Assembly (NCBI RefSeq): GCF_003918875.1 | Contig: NW_025767290.1 | Span: 1,612,001 to 1,676,000 of the forward strand | DNA: 64,000 nt | Source: Haliotis rubra | Taxonomy: Eukaryota | Direction: 5' to 3' | Part shown: positions 37,663 through 50,013 of the stretch, piece by piece | Numbering within the stretch: position 1 is the stretch's first letter | Layout of the letters: every line of letters begins with the position of its first letter | Notes under the pieces: model-generated | The model's input: the letters and a program-made list of their open reading frames with translations, nothing else | Told to the model about the DNA's origin: nothing | Databases searched by the model: none | Position numbers and translations under genes: made by a program

Positions 37663-38345
37663 CTTATAGGACTAAGCATACAATGTCTGTAATAAATGTA
37701 ACTGAACAGCATAGCTGACCATGTTTGCCAAATTCAAGACCATGTCAGGGTATATTAAAACAGAAATACCTTGTCAAGACATATTCAAACAGTAAGGCTT
37801 TGTCTAAGCATATTCAAATTCAAGGTCTTTTCAAGGCAATTTCAGATCCAAGTCTGTTTCACACTACCAACCCTGGATTTGTGGGCCAAGAGGTCTCTTA
37901 ACCAAACAAATGTTTGGCTAGAAAGAAATAATATGACACAATCTTTCACACATCAACATGCTTATTCATGCTGGGAAATATTCTCACTGATGATGGATGG
38001 TATCTTTCATGATGAGAACGATTACGCGGCTTACATCACTTTTATCAGGATTTAATTCACATCCTAACTGAGTCTGCGTGATGTGTTTCGGGGTCCCGAG
38101 TGCTCAAGGTGTTCATGTTTACTGATTTGGCAAACCCCTTGGCTTGGTAATGTCTTTATGAAAGATCTTAATCTAGTGAATCTACTGCTATGAAACGACC
38201 AGCTGATAATGGCTGCCGATAAGGACACAACCTAGCACATAGAGTTGTGGCCCCTTGAAGGCTTTCTGCAACACAAACTGAGCTATCCTAAATTATCAGC
38301 AAAAACTCATGAGTGCCATTGCATATATAGTCCTAGACTAAGGCT

Positions 38346-38525
38346 TAGTCTCTGAATATATATAATTTTGATAGTAACAAACAAGCCCATTAAAATTGAA
38401 AAGGAGCCCTAGGGAGACCAGAGAACCTGTGGAAATCTAGACTTGCTTCGTTTAGGGCTTTAGCACTACAGGGAAGGCTAGGCTGTAGGGAAAATAATGT
38501 GGTTCAGGGACTGTGAGACACACTA
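38346..38525 (-). mobile_element. Unamplified ~180-bp copy of the 'TAGTCT' element (one satellite unit)
   Basis: - strand: TAGTGTGTCTCACAGTCCCTGAACCACATTATTTTCCCTACAGCCTAGCCTTCCCTGTAGTG-CTAAAGCCCTAAACGAAGCAAGTCTAGATTTCC...CAGAGACTA. The termini are short inverted TAGTCT-like sequences. Confidence 0.88.
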
Positions 38526-38640
38526 ATATAGTCCATGAAGGGATATGTGCAACATCCACCCACTATCACTGACCTTTAATGAAAAGGGACAAGGGTGTCT
38601 GGGGGCAACGAGTTACTGTGCGGAGTTGCTTCTGTAAGGC

Positions 38641-39053
38641 ATGTTATATTTGGGATTACACTTTCTTAGTAAAGTACAGATTCTAGTACTTTTTGGGTTG
38701 AGTCCCATCCGGGATTCGAACCCACACCCTCAGAGTCCGGCACCTAATCGCCAGCACACAAAGTCAGATGCCTAGGCCGCTCAGCCACTGCGGCTTCCAC
38801 AAAAATGGAAGTCGGACAACTGGTAATCTAGACTGCGGACTTTGTGTATCCCTCTGATAAGTGTTAATTGGCACGGCTTCAACGGCCATTTTTGTGGAAG
38901 CTGCGGAGGCTGAGTGGTCTAGGCGTCTGACTTTGTGTGCTGGCGATTAGGTGCCTGACTCTGAGGGTGTGGGTTCGAATCCCGGATGGGTCTCAACCCA
39001 AAAAGTACAAGAATCTGTACCTTACTAAGAAAGTGTAATCCCAAATATAATAT
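38641..39053. mobile_element. Palindromic element: two inverted 168-bp arms, each with an outward-facing tRNA-like Pol III promoter, around a 77-bp spacer
   Basis: Arms at 38641-38808 and 38886-39053, with 11 mismatches by eye. Each arm has an A-box-like (T/A)GGCTGAG(C/T)GG and B box GGTTCGAATCC. Confidence 0.9.
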
Positions 39054-40870
39054 ATGTTACATTTGACCACTTTATAAAAATGGCATTGTGTATTTCAGAG
39101 TTGCTTCCCTTGGACATATCATATGGGTTCAGATCTCAGGACCACCTTGTATCCAGGTTTGCCAGAACCATGGCTCAGCTCATGGCCCAGCATCCACTCA
39201 TGTATTTCAAATCCAAATTTGATTTCATGCCCCATGTGATCTGTCTGGTCTTATAATGAAGACTAGTTATATTCTGGCATTGACGTATATTTCACCTAAG
39301 TGGAATGTCTGTTACCTGAACCACTTCAGGCTTATTTCCAGAATCAAATTACCATGATATTATATCTGAAATACTGAAAAAAGCAGCATTCAACTCATTC
39401 ACTCACTCACTCATCCTAGAAGACCTGAGGTAAAATGGCCTAGATACACTACATTGAAATTCCCTTTCTGCACCCATCACATCAACATCTTCATCAAAAA
39501 TATCGTGCAGCAACAAAAAGAAATTAAGTCGACTTGGTCGAGCCCTGTGTGTTCAATACACTCCTATGCTAAAGCCATCTGTGACTGCATGATGGCTACC
39601 TCTAGTATGTAGAGTCAAAGATGGAAACGACCATTTCCTGCCCAGGTCTCGATGCAGTAGGTCGTCTAAAACTGACAAATCATCTCTGTGTAACGATAGT
39701 ATTGTCAACAGTTACAATGATATATACAACTCAAATGTTAAAAACATCTGATATGCCTATAATTAATGCGTCCTATAAAAACTATAACATGACAGATTTA
39801 ATATAATCATACGAAAAAAATGGTTTCTTTAACTTATTTTAAAAAGTATACGTCATAAAATTTTAGCTTACAGGAAGTTGGGTAGGACTGATGTGAATGA
39901 AACAGGCTACGACTGTCAATTTGGGCACATGATTTGTTGCCTGCACCAACTGACAATTATAAAAACTTGCATCCAGTATTTTTTGGGGACACACACCATG
40001 CCATCGGCAACCATTTAGATTTTTTAAAACAAATGATCGACATCCAAGATTACACATATGCACCAATACTTATCCAGTCTCTACTCAGCACTCTACAGTC
40101 GCCAAAAGAAGAATGAAAAACTGGGAAAAAAAAAAAAAAAAGAGACAAACTTCTCAAAGCATGCTCATTATATCTGATGGAAAAAGCAAACAGGTTACCT
40201 TCAGAAAAAAATGCCATGGCACAATGGCCATTGTACATTATTGTGGGCATGGGTGGCCATGTTGTTTGACGCATCATTTTTTTGTATGGCTTTGTCACTT
40301 TTACTTTAAAAATATTGCCTTGTCTTTCTATCCAATCAGATCACTCTGACTCATTTGTGCCCAGTTATATCAGGTGCTACAATTTGCTGTGCAGTTGTAT
40401 CCTTTGGCTTGCCAGAAACCTTTGGTTGTGGGTTCAAATCCTGGTTTGTCTGTACCATAACCGTGCTCATGTGTTTCAGCATGATAATCATCAGGGACCT
40501 GTATCACTTTGATCTTTCCTCCAACATAAAGATGTCACGTCAATAATAACTGGAATACCATCCGAAATGTTAAACCCTCACTCGTTCAAGATCTCACTCA
40601 CTCACCCACTCACTGTTATGCCCATCAATGTTTCTATCTATGTACTAAAAGCGCAACAGGTCATGTGATCAGGTCACTGCTGACGCAGGGATGGGATGCA
40701 GCAACACACATCCCCCTATCAGATGCCTCACATGCCGGCCTATCAGGGTTTTGTTCACTTTATGACTTCGGTACAGTGTGTAACCCCCATTCTCCAATCA
40801 AACTCCTGGATATGCCTCCGCAGTTGATTAAACTAGAATCAGTCATGAAATCAAGGTATGTCTCAGGTCA

Positions 40871-41040
40871 GGAGCAGCGGCGTAGCCCAGTGGTTAAAGC
40901 ATTGGCTCGTCACGCTGAAGACCCGGGTTCGAATCCCCACATGGGTACAATGTGTGAAGCCCATTTCTGGTGTCCCCCGCAGTGATGTTGCTGGAATATT
41001 GCTAAAAGCGGCATAAAACCAAACTCAGTCAGTCAGTCAG
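40871..41040 (+). mobile_element. SINE-A, (CAGT)n subfamily
   Basis: GTAGCCCAGTGGTTAAAGC...GGTTCGAATCCCC...AAACTCAGTCAGTCAGTCAG. Possible TSD GTCTCAG. Confidence 0.95.
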
Positions 41041-41469
41041 TCTCAGTGATAGTTTATGATAATGAACATAATTATGAGAGACAAATGGAATATGACATGT
41101 ATGAAATGAAGGCTTTATGAAAAACTGTGTGAAAGTGTTTTGTTGTGGCAAGGCTTCCTTGTACATGAGTTTGTGATTCTAAGAAAACTATCTGAAGATT
41201 AATCATTTTCTACTGTTTCATAAAACCTCAAAATCTCAAAATGTATAACAACAAATTCTTGATTGACATCAATAACTGTACTCTTTCAATTCAGACTCCA
41301 TTCAGCAATAAAGATACTATCTGGTGTACAACTAGTTACAGTCTATCTACAAAATTATAAACACTTACAATATATATTATCATGTCCATGTGAATTTTCA
41401 ACCTTACTCAATATTCCTTGAAGTCTGTGAAAATTAAATCATAACCACAATTTTTTCCACATATATTTT

Positions 41470-42350
41470 GACACTAATGGCAGCTAGCCTGTTTCATCAT
41501 CTGCACCATCTATCATCTGTCATGAAGACGTCATTTTGTTTCCATAACTCTGCCGCTGGAGAACAACTTCCATACATACCGGGAGCCGGTCGTATTGTGA
41601 GAGTAAACTCCATCACTTCTGTAACATTGCTTTTCTTGTTGCCAGATAGATTTGTGATATTGAAGTTAATATTTTTTTCCAGAAAATCCAATTTAATCGA
41701 AATCTTTCACATTTGAGATTGGGGCAATGCTTTTATTGGTAAATGCTTTCAAGGATTTACTGGGCAGTAAATTGCAAGAGGAATGTTTTTACATTTTTCA
41801 TAAATAAATCGGATCAAAGATATCAGTATAAAGAAAAAAAACATCGCTGAGATACAATCTTGTGGTTGATACAGAGGCAAATGGCTCTGCATCATCCAGG
41901 AACTAAGTGACAAATGCTTGCCCTTCTGCTAAAAATCTTTGCCATTTGCTATACGAGATTCACATTGGTAACACGTTCTTCATGGCTATTTATTGTACAT
42001 TCTAGCCTGTTACAATGTTATCTTGCTGTCAATAATATGTTTTTGAGGCCATCCACAAGACTCTGAAATGAATCATCTAAATAGTATCAGATCCTGGCCT
42101 GTCAGAGTTGAGGCAGGCTGATTACATTTTGCAGCAATTTGTCCAGTGAGTTTTTGTGTAGCCATGTAGAAAGCACTCTTCGCAGGACCACCCTCTTTAA
42201 CTAATAATATTGCTGGGATCCAGGAACTGGATTGTTGGATGCACTTCAGCTACAGCAATTTGACTGTCTTTTCTTATCAACTCATCTGCAAAGAAACCCA
42301 CCTACTTTGCAAGCTGCTTGAGGAAGGTTCCCCAAGTGAAATTTACAGTG
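41470..42350 (-). pseudogene. Highly degenerate DNA-transposase remnant, tentatively Academ-like
   Basis: Colinear frameshifted blocks on -: ADELIRKDSQIAVAEVH; FQSLVDGL/KHIIDSK; KILTSISQIYLATRKAMLQK; GVYSHNTTGSRYVWKLFSSG (41552-41611). They recall the SI.QD.IY.A, G..LH..TGS..L...G and ET motifs as I remember them. Not searched. Confidence 0.4.
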
Positions 42351-43877
42351 AAAAAAAAAAAGACATCAAATAGATAATGGAGTTCCATCCCAGATCATCC
42401 AGTGTACCCTACCTCCATTCTTTTATGATAAATATCAGGTGACCTTTTGCTACCAAACCTACATTTTGGAAGATAAATCACCAGCTCAATATATCTTACA
42501 AAAGAAATTTAGCTCATGAACCAATCTCAATGCCTTGGGCATTGATGAAAATTACAAATTGCAGCCTCGTCTTTGGTAATGCTGGATATATTTTTATCGA
42601 ATTAGAAGTAGGATATTGTTAAACTTTTTGCTGCTTTTGTTTTCTTGACTATTGAATTCTGGAAATCCTGTATCGTTTGAGATGATGCACAAAAGCCAAG
42701 TCAAGTATTTATGACATGGGAATGAATGTCTATTTTCAGCATTGTTATTCCATATCCAGAACGTTTGATGCCAAATTCATCCAGGTGATAGGTAGTTTAA
42801 TGGTTCAAGCATTTTCTCATCATGCCCGAAGGTCTGGGTTTGATTCCCAAATAACTACAATGCGTGAAGCAAATTCCCTCAGCACGATTTTCCTGGAATT
42901 TTGTGAAATTGGCGTAAAACCATAGTACTCGTCTTCAGTATTTGTCAGCTCAGAGATAAAGGATCTCTTCTTCTTCCTCCGATCATCTCCTCCCTCATCC
43001 CTCACCTCCACTGGTCACCTGTCTTGTGAAGGATGAGATCTTTCACCCCACATCCATCTCAGACAACTTGATCAAGTGATAAGCTATGTATATACTCTGT
43101 CAGAATATGCATTAACCCCCAACCAAAGAAACCAGGCAAGAATCAGTTTGGACTCCAAGCTATTCAATATCTCCTTGCCCTGTTTCCCCATCGAGGTTCC
43201 TCTACTGTTCCTCGAAGACTTATTTTGGGATCAGCATAGTCAGTTCTCATCACGACCAGAAAAAATCTTTTCATTCTCATTTCCGCCAGAGTAGTTTTCA
43301 GCCCTGTGCAGCAGACCTGTCAAACTGTATGTTTATGACACGTTATTTAAAACCTTAATTTGCAATCCATGTGCCATTCAGATGAAAAAAAAAAAAAGCC
43401 ACATTTTTTCCTCAAACTTGATGGTGGCGCTAGGCTAAAATAAATCATGGTACTATTCTCATCTTCACCCGACTCATCATCACTACGAAACACACCATCT
43501 TACATCATTTTATCATCCAAAAGGTATGTTTTTTGTACAAAATAATTTTTTTAAAGAAAATGCAGCAAAAACATATTTTGCCTAAAAAATGATTTCACTG
43601 CTTCATCTCTTTCTCTGACAGGAAGAGATTTATTATTTTATTTTTGGATTACCTGAGATTTTTTTTTCTCAGATTTCCAGGAACAGTTCCTTGTACATCA
43701 TGATGACATCAGCTACTGTGACATCAACAGCATCAACAACAGTGCTTGCATAACAACAGCACTTCTGAAGGGTTTGTTATAGTTTTTACCCTTAAGCTTT
43801 ATAGATGTTCTATCAAATGACTTCCTATACCAGCAATGGACGTTATATACACTGACAACCAGGCGTACTGATGATGG

Positions 43878-44237
43878 GGCCGCCTCCGTGGTGTAGTGGT
43901 TAGAGCGTCCGCCCGGAGAGCGGAAGGTCGCGGGTTCGATCCCCGACCGCGTCATACCAAAACATGTTAAAATATGGTACTTGTTGGTCCCTGCCTGGCG
44001 CTCGGCATTAATGGGTACAACAAGGACTGGTCGGCTCGGAGTCAGTATAACGTGTCTGAGTGGGGTATTCATGCTTCACTGCGGCATGGTATATCTCAGT
44101 GGGCTAGCACTATAAAACCAGCTTCAGTCTGGGCTAGTACAAGCAGCCGCACATACACACGCATGCACGTCGTCATATGAGCTAAATATTCTCAAGGACG
44201 ACGTTAAACCCAATTTCACCTCACCTCACCTCACCTC
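43878..44237 (+). mobile_element. SINE-C (tRNA head, Meta-domain-like body, (CACCT)n tail)
   Basis: TGGTGTAGTGG A box and GGTTCGATCCC B box. CGCGTCATACCAAA...AAAATATGGTAC...CCCTGCCTGGCGCTCGGCATT resembles the Meta domain. TSD ACTGATGATGGGGCC at 43867-43881 and 44238-44252. Confidence 0.9.
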
Positions 44238-44269
44238 ACTGATGATGGGGCCAAAACAATCATTTAATA

Positions 44270-44410
44270 AGTGACGTTTATGCCCCTTCGAGCAACATTG
44301 CAGTATCATGGTGGGGACCAAAAATGGGTTTCACACATTGTAACCATGAGAAAATCAAACCCAGGTCTACAATGTCACAAACAAACACACTAACCATTCG
44401 ACTACCTTTC
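44270..44410 (-). mobile_element. Old SINE-A remnant
   Basis: AAATGGGTTTCACACATTGTAACCATG...AATCAAACCCAGGTCT. Confidence 0.7.
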
Positions 44411-44689
44411 TACTGTATCCATTATTCACACTTAAGGAACTGAACCCAGCTTTCAATGTTATAAGCAGACACCCTACCTCTCTAACCCGCTATGAAGCTA
44501 CACATATACTATCACTAGAATATGTAGCAGTCACAACCTGAAGTGCAAATACAACTTTTTAGACAACAAATTTGAAGGACAAAACATCACGAAAAAGACT
44601 CTTGTCTGCTACTTCATTCCCAGATTCAGAATTGACATTCTGACCGCTGTCCAGAAACTTGTAGACAAACTGAGTATTTCGAAGAGCTG

Positions 44690-45180
44690 CAAATCATTGA
44701 AGGACCTAGGAGCAAGCTATTCTCCTAATGTAAGGCCAACATGAGGGCTTCTCTCCCCATCAATCTAAGATCCTGACAAAGTGGTCCTTCATATCTCCCC
44801 ACTACCATAGAACGAGACCATCAAGAGAACCGTTACCCTTAGCTTTCTTTACACGTAGCACCAGCCTAGACCACTAAATCTTGTCAAGTATGGCGAAGAT
44901 ATTTGTCTAACGATATGACAGTGTTCCAGTCTTACTAACTAACAAGTACCCAATCACAGTGATTCCATTCAAACACTCATTGCCAACTTGAATTAAACAT
45001 CAGAGGCAGCATAAAGCCGAGATCTATACACACAGAACCGTTGCTGACATACCACAGCCACCCAAACTGTAATCATTCAATTTGCGTTTGCCGCAACACT
45101 TGCCACTGAAATCTCCAAATTGGCAGAATCATCAATTATTTTTACGATTGGGTGACCGACAGTTGGTACGCTGAAGTTCC
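44690..45180 (+). pseudogene. Fossil tyrosine-recombinase gene of a DIRS/Ngaro-type retrotransposon
   Basis: Colinear frameshifted motifs: LPIN/ILTK...PHYHRT...LAFF; CQVWRRYLS...VFQ; KYPITVIPF...L; HS./AATLA...ESSI...IG. Compare the consensus RLPIT..IL...LAFF.FLR / CPV..L..YL..R / G.P.T...F / HSFRIGAAT. Confidence 0.5.
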
Positions 45181-46467
45181 GGAGGTGCTTGCGAGGAACA
45201 GGAGACAAAACAGAATGCTACAATGCTGAAACTAAACCCTCACAAATGAGGGTTTGGCATGCAAACTTGACATACTTCTTCCCATTTCTCCATTCGTCAA
45301 GACTTGAAGAAGCAGTTGGCAGCTTTAGACTTACATGTGCTTACTTCGCCCACTTCCACAAGTAGGTTTTGCTCCAGAAAGTATCTTGTTAACATTCTTG
45401 GGAGCTAATAAAGATTAATTGCATCCCGCCCATGTTTTCATTCCAGGCTCTCCATGTCGATGCAGATTCAGATACATACCTGAATTCTCCTTGTGCCACA
45501 CAAGTAGTTAGAACAATTTTGACTAAAACCATCACAAATGTTATCTAATTTTCTAGATAAAATGTTAGTGTGCTGTTTGTTTTTCAAATCAAAATAAACA
45601 TGCACAAACATGTTTTTATTCAATATTTAAAACTCAGCAAACACACCTGCAAGTTTTGGTTGTGAAATGATTTCAAATGTTAAACCAACAACCATAAATA
45701 GACTCCACTTATGTAGACTTCAAATGGTTTGAATTGTAATTAGAAATGCGATTTAATGTCAGCAAAATTACCTTAAAGTGTGATAATTGTAAACTGAGGT
45801 AAAAATCTTGCTCCAAGGTCATTTCAAGTTCAAGGTCTTCATAAACAGCCATATTTGTTTGCTTATTTGTGATTGCCACAATCAGCAATATTCTCACTGT
45901 AATGCAATGGCCTGTAATAATAACGTAAAATGCATTTTCTATTCCTAAAATATCATATATGTAACTCAGCAAATATCTGTTGAAACATCACAAAATAGTT
46001 CTGATAAACAAGCGGCTGTAAATACATCATAAATAATTTAATAAATAATGCATATCAGTATAAACCCACTCCACACAAAGGTGTCAAAGCTTGTTGACAG
46101 AAGAAAACTTCAAACCACCATTAAAAAATGCACCTGTTTGTAGTAAAGCTTATAAAAATCCAAAATCTTGCAGAGACATAAATGTTGTAAATAATTAGTG
46201 ATAGAACACCAGTTATCTTCAGCCACTGCTGCTTCCCCCCAAATCTAATGTTCCATGTTCCTCTGGTTCAAATGTTGAAATATTATTTGCTCAACATATC
46301 TCAGTCCATATCAGATCTTGATCGAAAAGGTCTGACATCGTTATATACAGCATGTTGTAACTAAAGAAACATGAAGGTGATAATTTGTTTGGGAGCAATC
46401 AGAACATACCGCAATGTTCAACGTAGCCCTTGTGATATTTTTCTGTAATGCAAAAAAGTCTGGAAAT

Positions 46468-46989
46468 GACACGTGAGCATCTGGCAACATGATGTTGTAA
46501 CAGTCCAGGAACTCAGCCATGGAATCACAGAGACATGTGAGCATCTGGCAACATGATGTTGTAACAGTCCAGGAACTCAGCCATGGAATCACAGAGACAT
46601 GTGAGCATCTGGCAACATGATGTTGTAACAGTCCAGGAACTCAGCCATGGAATCACAGAGACATGTGAGCATCTGGCAACATGATGTTGTAACAGTCCAG
46701 GAACTCAGCCATGGAATCACAGAGACATGTGAGCATCTGGCAACATGATGTTGTAACAGTCCAGGAACTCAGCCATGGAATCACAGAGACATGTGAGCAT
46801 CTGGCAACATGATGTTGTAACAGTCCAGGAACTCAGCCATGGAATCACAGAGACATGTGAGCATCTGGCAACATGATGTTGTAACAGTCCAGGAACTCAG
46901 CCATGGAATCACAGAGACATGTGAGCATCTGGCAACATGATGTTGTAACAGTCCAGGAACTCAGCCATGGAATCACAGAGACATGTGAG
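46468..46989. repeat. 64-bp tandem repeat, ~8.2 essentially identical copies
   Basis: GACATGTGAGCATCTGGCAACATGATGTTGTAACAGTCCAGGAACTCAGCCATGGAATCACAGA, period 46531 to 46595. Confidence 0.97.
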
Positions 46990-47229
46990 ACGAGCATCAG
47001 TCAGCAGGATTAGTTGCTGTCACAGCCTACAAAGATTATTCCATGACCTGCCACAAGATAACACATGGCCCAAACAAATCTCATTCTATAGATTGTCCAC
47101 TGATTGTCCTGTTGAAGAAACTTATACAAGGTTGGATTAACCCTGTGAAGTTCCAGGGGCGAAAACCACACTACCCGAAAACTAACATGAGGATGACTGG
47201 GTAATAAGAGGTAACTAAAGAAGAGAAGA

Positions 47230-48167
47230 GTTGATCATAAGAAGGGATTATGTTAGACCTGGTGATCATAAGTGGGGATTAAGTTAGACCTGGTGATCAT
47301 AAGTGGGGATTAAGTTATATGATAACCATAAGTGGGGATTAAGTTAGACTTGGTGATCATAAGTGGGGATTAAGTTAGACTTGGTGATCATAAGTGGGGA
47401 TTAAGTTAGACCTGGTGATCATAAGTGGGGATTAAGTTAGACCTGGTGATCATAAGTGGGGATTAAGTTAGACTTAGTGATCATAAGTGGGGATTAAGTT
47501 AGACCTGGTGATCATAAGTGGGGATTAAGTTAGACCTGGTGATCATAAGTGGGGATTAAGTTAGACTTGGTGATCATAAGTGGGGATTAAGTTAGACTTG
47601 GTGATCATAAGTGGGGATTAAGTTAGACTTGGTGATCACAACAAGGGATTAAGTTAGATTTGGTGATCATAAGTGGGGATTAAGTTAGACCTGGTGATCA
47701 TAAGAAGGGATTATGTTAGACCTGGTCATAAGTGGGGATTAAGTTATATGATAACCATAAGTGGGGATTAAATTAGACTTGGTGATCATAAGTGGGGATT
47801 AAGTTAGATCTGGTGATCATAAGTGGGGATTAAGTTAGACCTGGTGATCATAAGTGGGGATTAAGTTAGACTTGGTGATCATAAGTGGGGATTAAGTTAG
47901 ACTTGGTGATCATAAGTGGGGATTAAGTTAGACTTGGTGATCACAACAAGGGATTAAGTTAGATTTGGTGATCATAAGTGGGGATTAAGTTAGACTTGGT
48001 GATCATAAGTGGGGATTAAGTTAGACTTGGTGATCATAAGTAGGGATTAAGTTAGACTTGGTGATCACAACAAGGGATTAAGTTAGACTTGGTGATCACA
48101 ACAAGGGATTAAGTTAGACTTGGTGATCACAAGAAGAGATTAAGTTAGACTTGCTGATCATAAGAAG
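47230..48167. repeat. 31-bp minisatellite (AAGTGGGGATTAAGTTAGACTTGGTGATCAT), ~30 units
   Basis: Direct periodicity with recurring variant cassettes. Confidence 0.96.
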
Positions 48168-50013
48168 CGGTCAAGGGAAAACTTGGGACATTATAAGAGG
48201 TGACTCAAGAGAGAATTGGGTGGTAGGAACTGGCTGATTTTGTGACATTTTGCCATCAATTACGAGTATCCCTGGTCAAAGGTTGTAAATGACCAGCTTC
48301 TTGGTGAAGATAATAGAGCTGTAGCCAGGAAAATGAAAAATGGAATCTTCAATCTTGCCCACGACATACCAAAAGATGTTTAAAGATGATACTTGTTTTA
48401 ATCCTGCATGGCACATGGTCACATGCAAGAATATGTTGTCTTGGAGAAAGTATATTGTGTACAAGCAGGGAATCCCTAAACTGCTACCACTAATAAACTA
48501 TCAGTTGATAAGTCATGGCACACATGTAAGTACAACAATGTTGAACATGACATTAATCTCCTCCAACAGATTCCACACACTTCATCATACATGTGGATTT
48601 ACAGAGCAATATCTTACCTCAATGTCAGAATGCTGAGACCTGATTGGTTCACGTGATCTTGATAACATACTATGTATTCCACCTGAGAAAGAACTACATT
48701 TCTGAGCGGGAAAATAAATCTCTCATACCAATCCAAGATGAAAACAGGCTGCACATGGATTTCTGTGTTGGAGCAAAGTCCCTTATACTTATTACAAAAC
48801 AAAAAGCTACACGCTGTTTATGAGTAAAAAAGTCACATGACCCTGCACAATGTAATCCCAGGTCAATTGAGCCACTGTTTTCTATCATGTTTCAATTCAT
48901 TCTAATTCTTTTACATTGTCAGATTGAAACAAGTAAGAAAGGCAAATTTGTTTCCGCCTTCCATCAGCATTACGAGGCTCAAAGTAGAAAATCCGGCACA
49001 GGACGCATCATACTACGTACACCCTGCTACAATATCTACTATTTGCAAATAGCTTAATGCATTGAGAACGACGAGGATCCTGGCTGTCGTAATAAGGGGC
49101 CATACATACTAATGTTTTATCTCTATGCTGGATTCAGCTCTGCAGCAACTCATAGCATATCTAGAATCAATTTACATATCTCTAAACTAAACAATTTTTA
49201 CAATCTTTTATCTATGATTATCAGTCTGGGTTGCCCGAGGAACAAAGGTTAGAGATAGGGCAGGTCTTCCATCTCATCCATCATGCACTTCCATGGCATC
49301 AGGCTGAATATAGAGCTGAGCAGAGAAAATAAATAACAAGCTCACTCTCTCCGAGATGTTTATTACCGTTTTCCTTAGTGTAAACACAGCAAGGCGAACA
49401 TGTTATCTTTTTCGTCTTTTTTTCTAAACAGTCCATTAATCTTATCACGATTAAAAATCAAATAAAAACAGATAAAATCAGTTGTAAATAAATCTAACTC
49501 ACAAAATCCGAATCCAATTTGCGACATTTGCAATAAAAGGTGTGATTTTTTTTAAGATAGTAATAACGTCAGCAGAATAAACAAGGTTGCTGTAAACACA
49601 ATTGGAAACATCCGCTCAAAAACAATGATCATTGAAACATCCAGACACTCCAGAGATTTCGTTTTACGGTTACGAGTACAAATTAGAACTAGAAAGATAT
49701 TTATTCAGATTTAGGGGGTCTTATCTGACAAAGGCAGATTTAATCAATGTAATTATGTCTTTTTTGTGTCTACAATGTCTAACACTCATATCTAACACAC
49801 ACTATTGTTCACTGACATACGCCAGCAGTCATGACCTTATACATGTACTTGTAAGTGTACATGTCCTAAGCTAAGCCAAAATCAATTATTCCTTCTTGGT
49901 GGACAAAACAATATTGTACAACTAGACTGGTTCCAGGTTGTCTTTGCACGGCAACTGCTTTTATTAAGAACCTACCACACCACCTGACCATAAATTGAAA
50001 CAAAAGGGGATTA

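Noticed and set aside
38898-38995. Functional tRNA-Leu/Ser gene (and tRNA genes at SINE-A/C heads)
   Set aside because: A and B boxes are present, but the acceptor and anticodon stems do not close convincingly, there is no T-run terminator, and the sequences are embedded in repeats.
43713-44180. Paralogous ORFs MNTPLRH... (also 56389-56667) and ...VVKAFARHAEDPGS... (40665, 50011, 50402)
   Set aside because: These are translations of SINE-C and SINE-A.
47230-48167. Common origin of the 31-bp and 30-bp arrays (shared AGT.AGA...ATAA...GGGA skeleton)
   Set aside because: The similarity is too short and low to separate from chance by eye.
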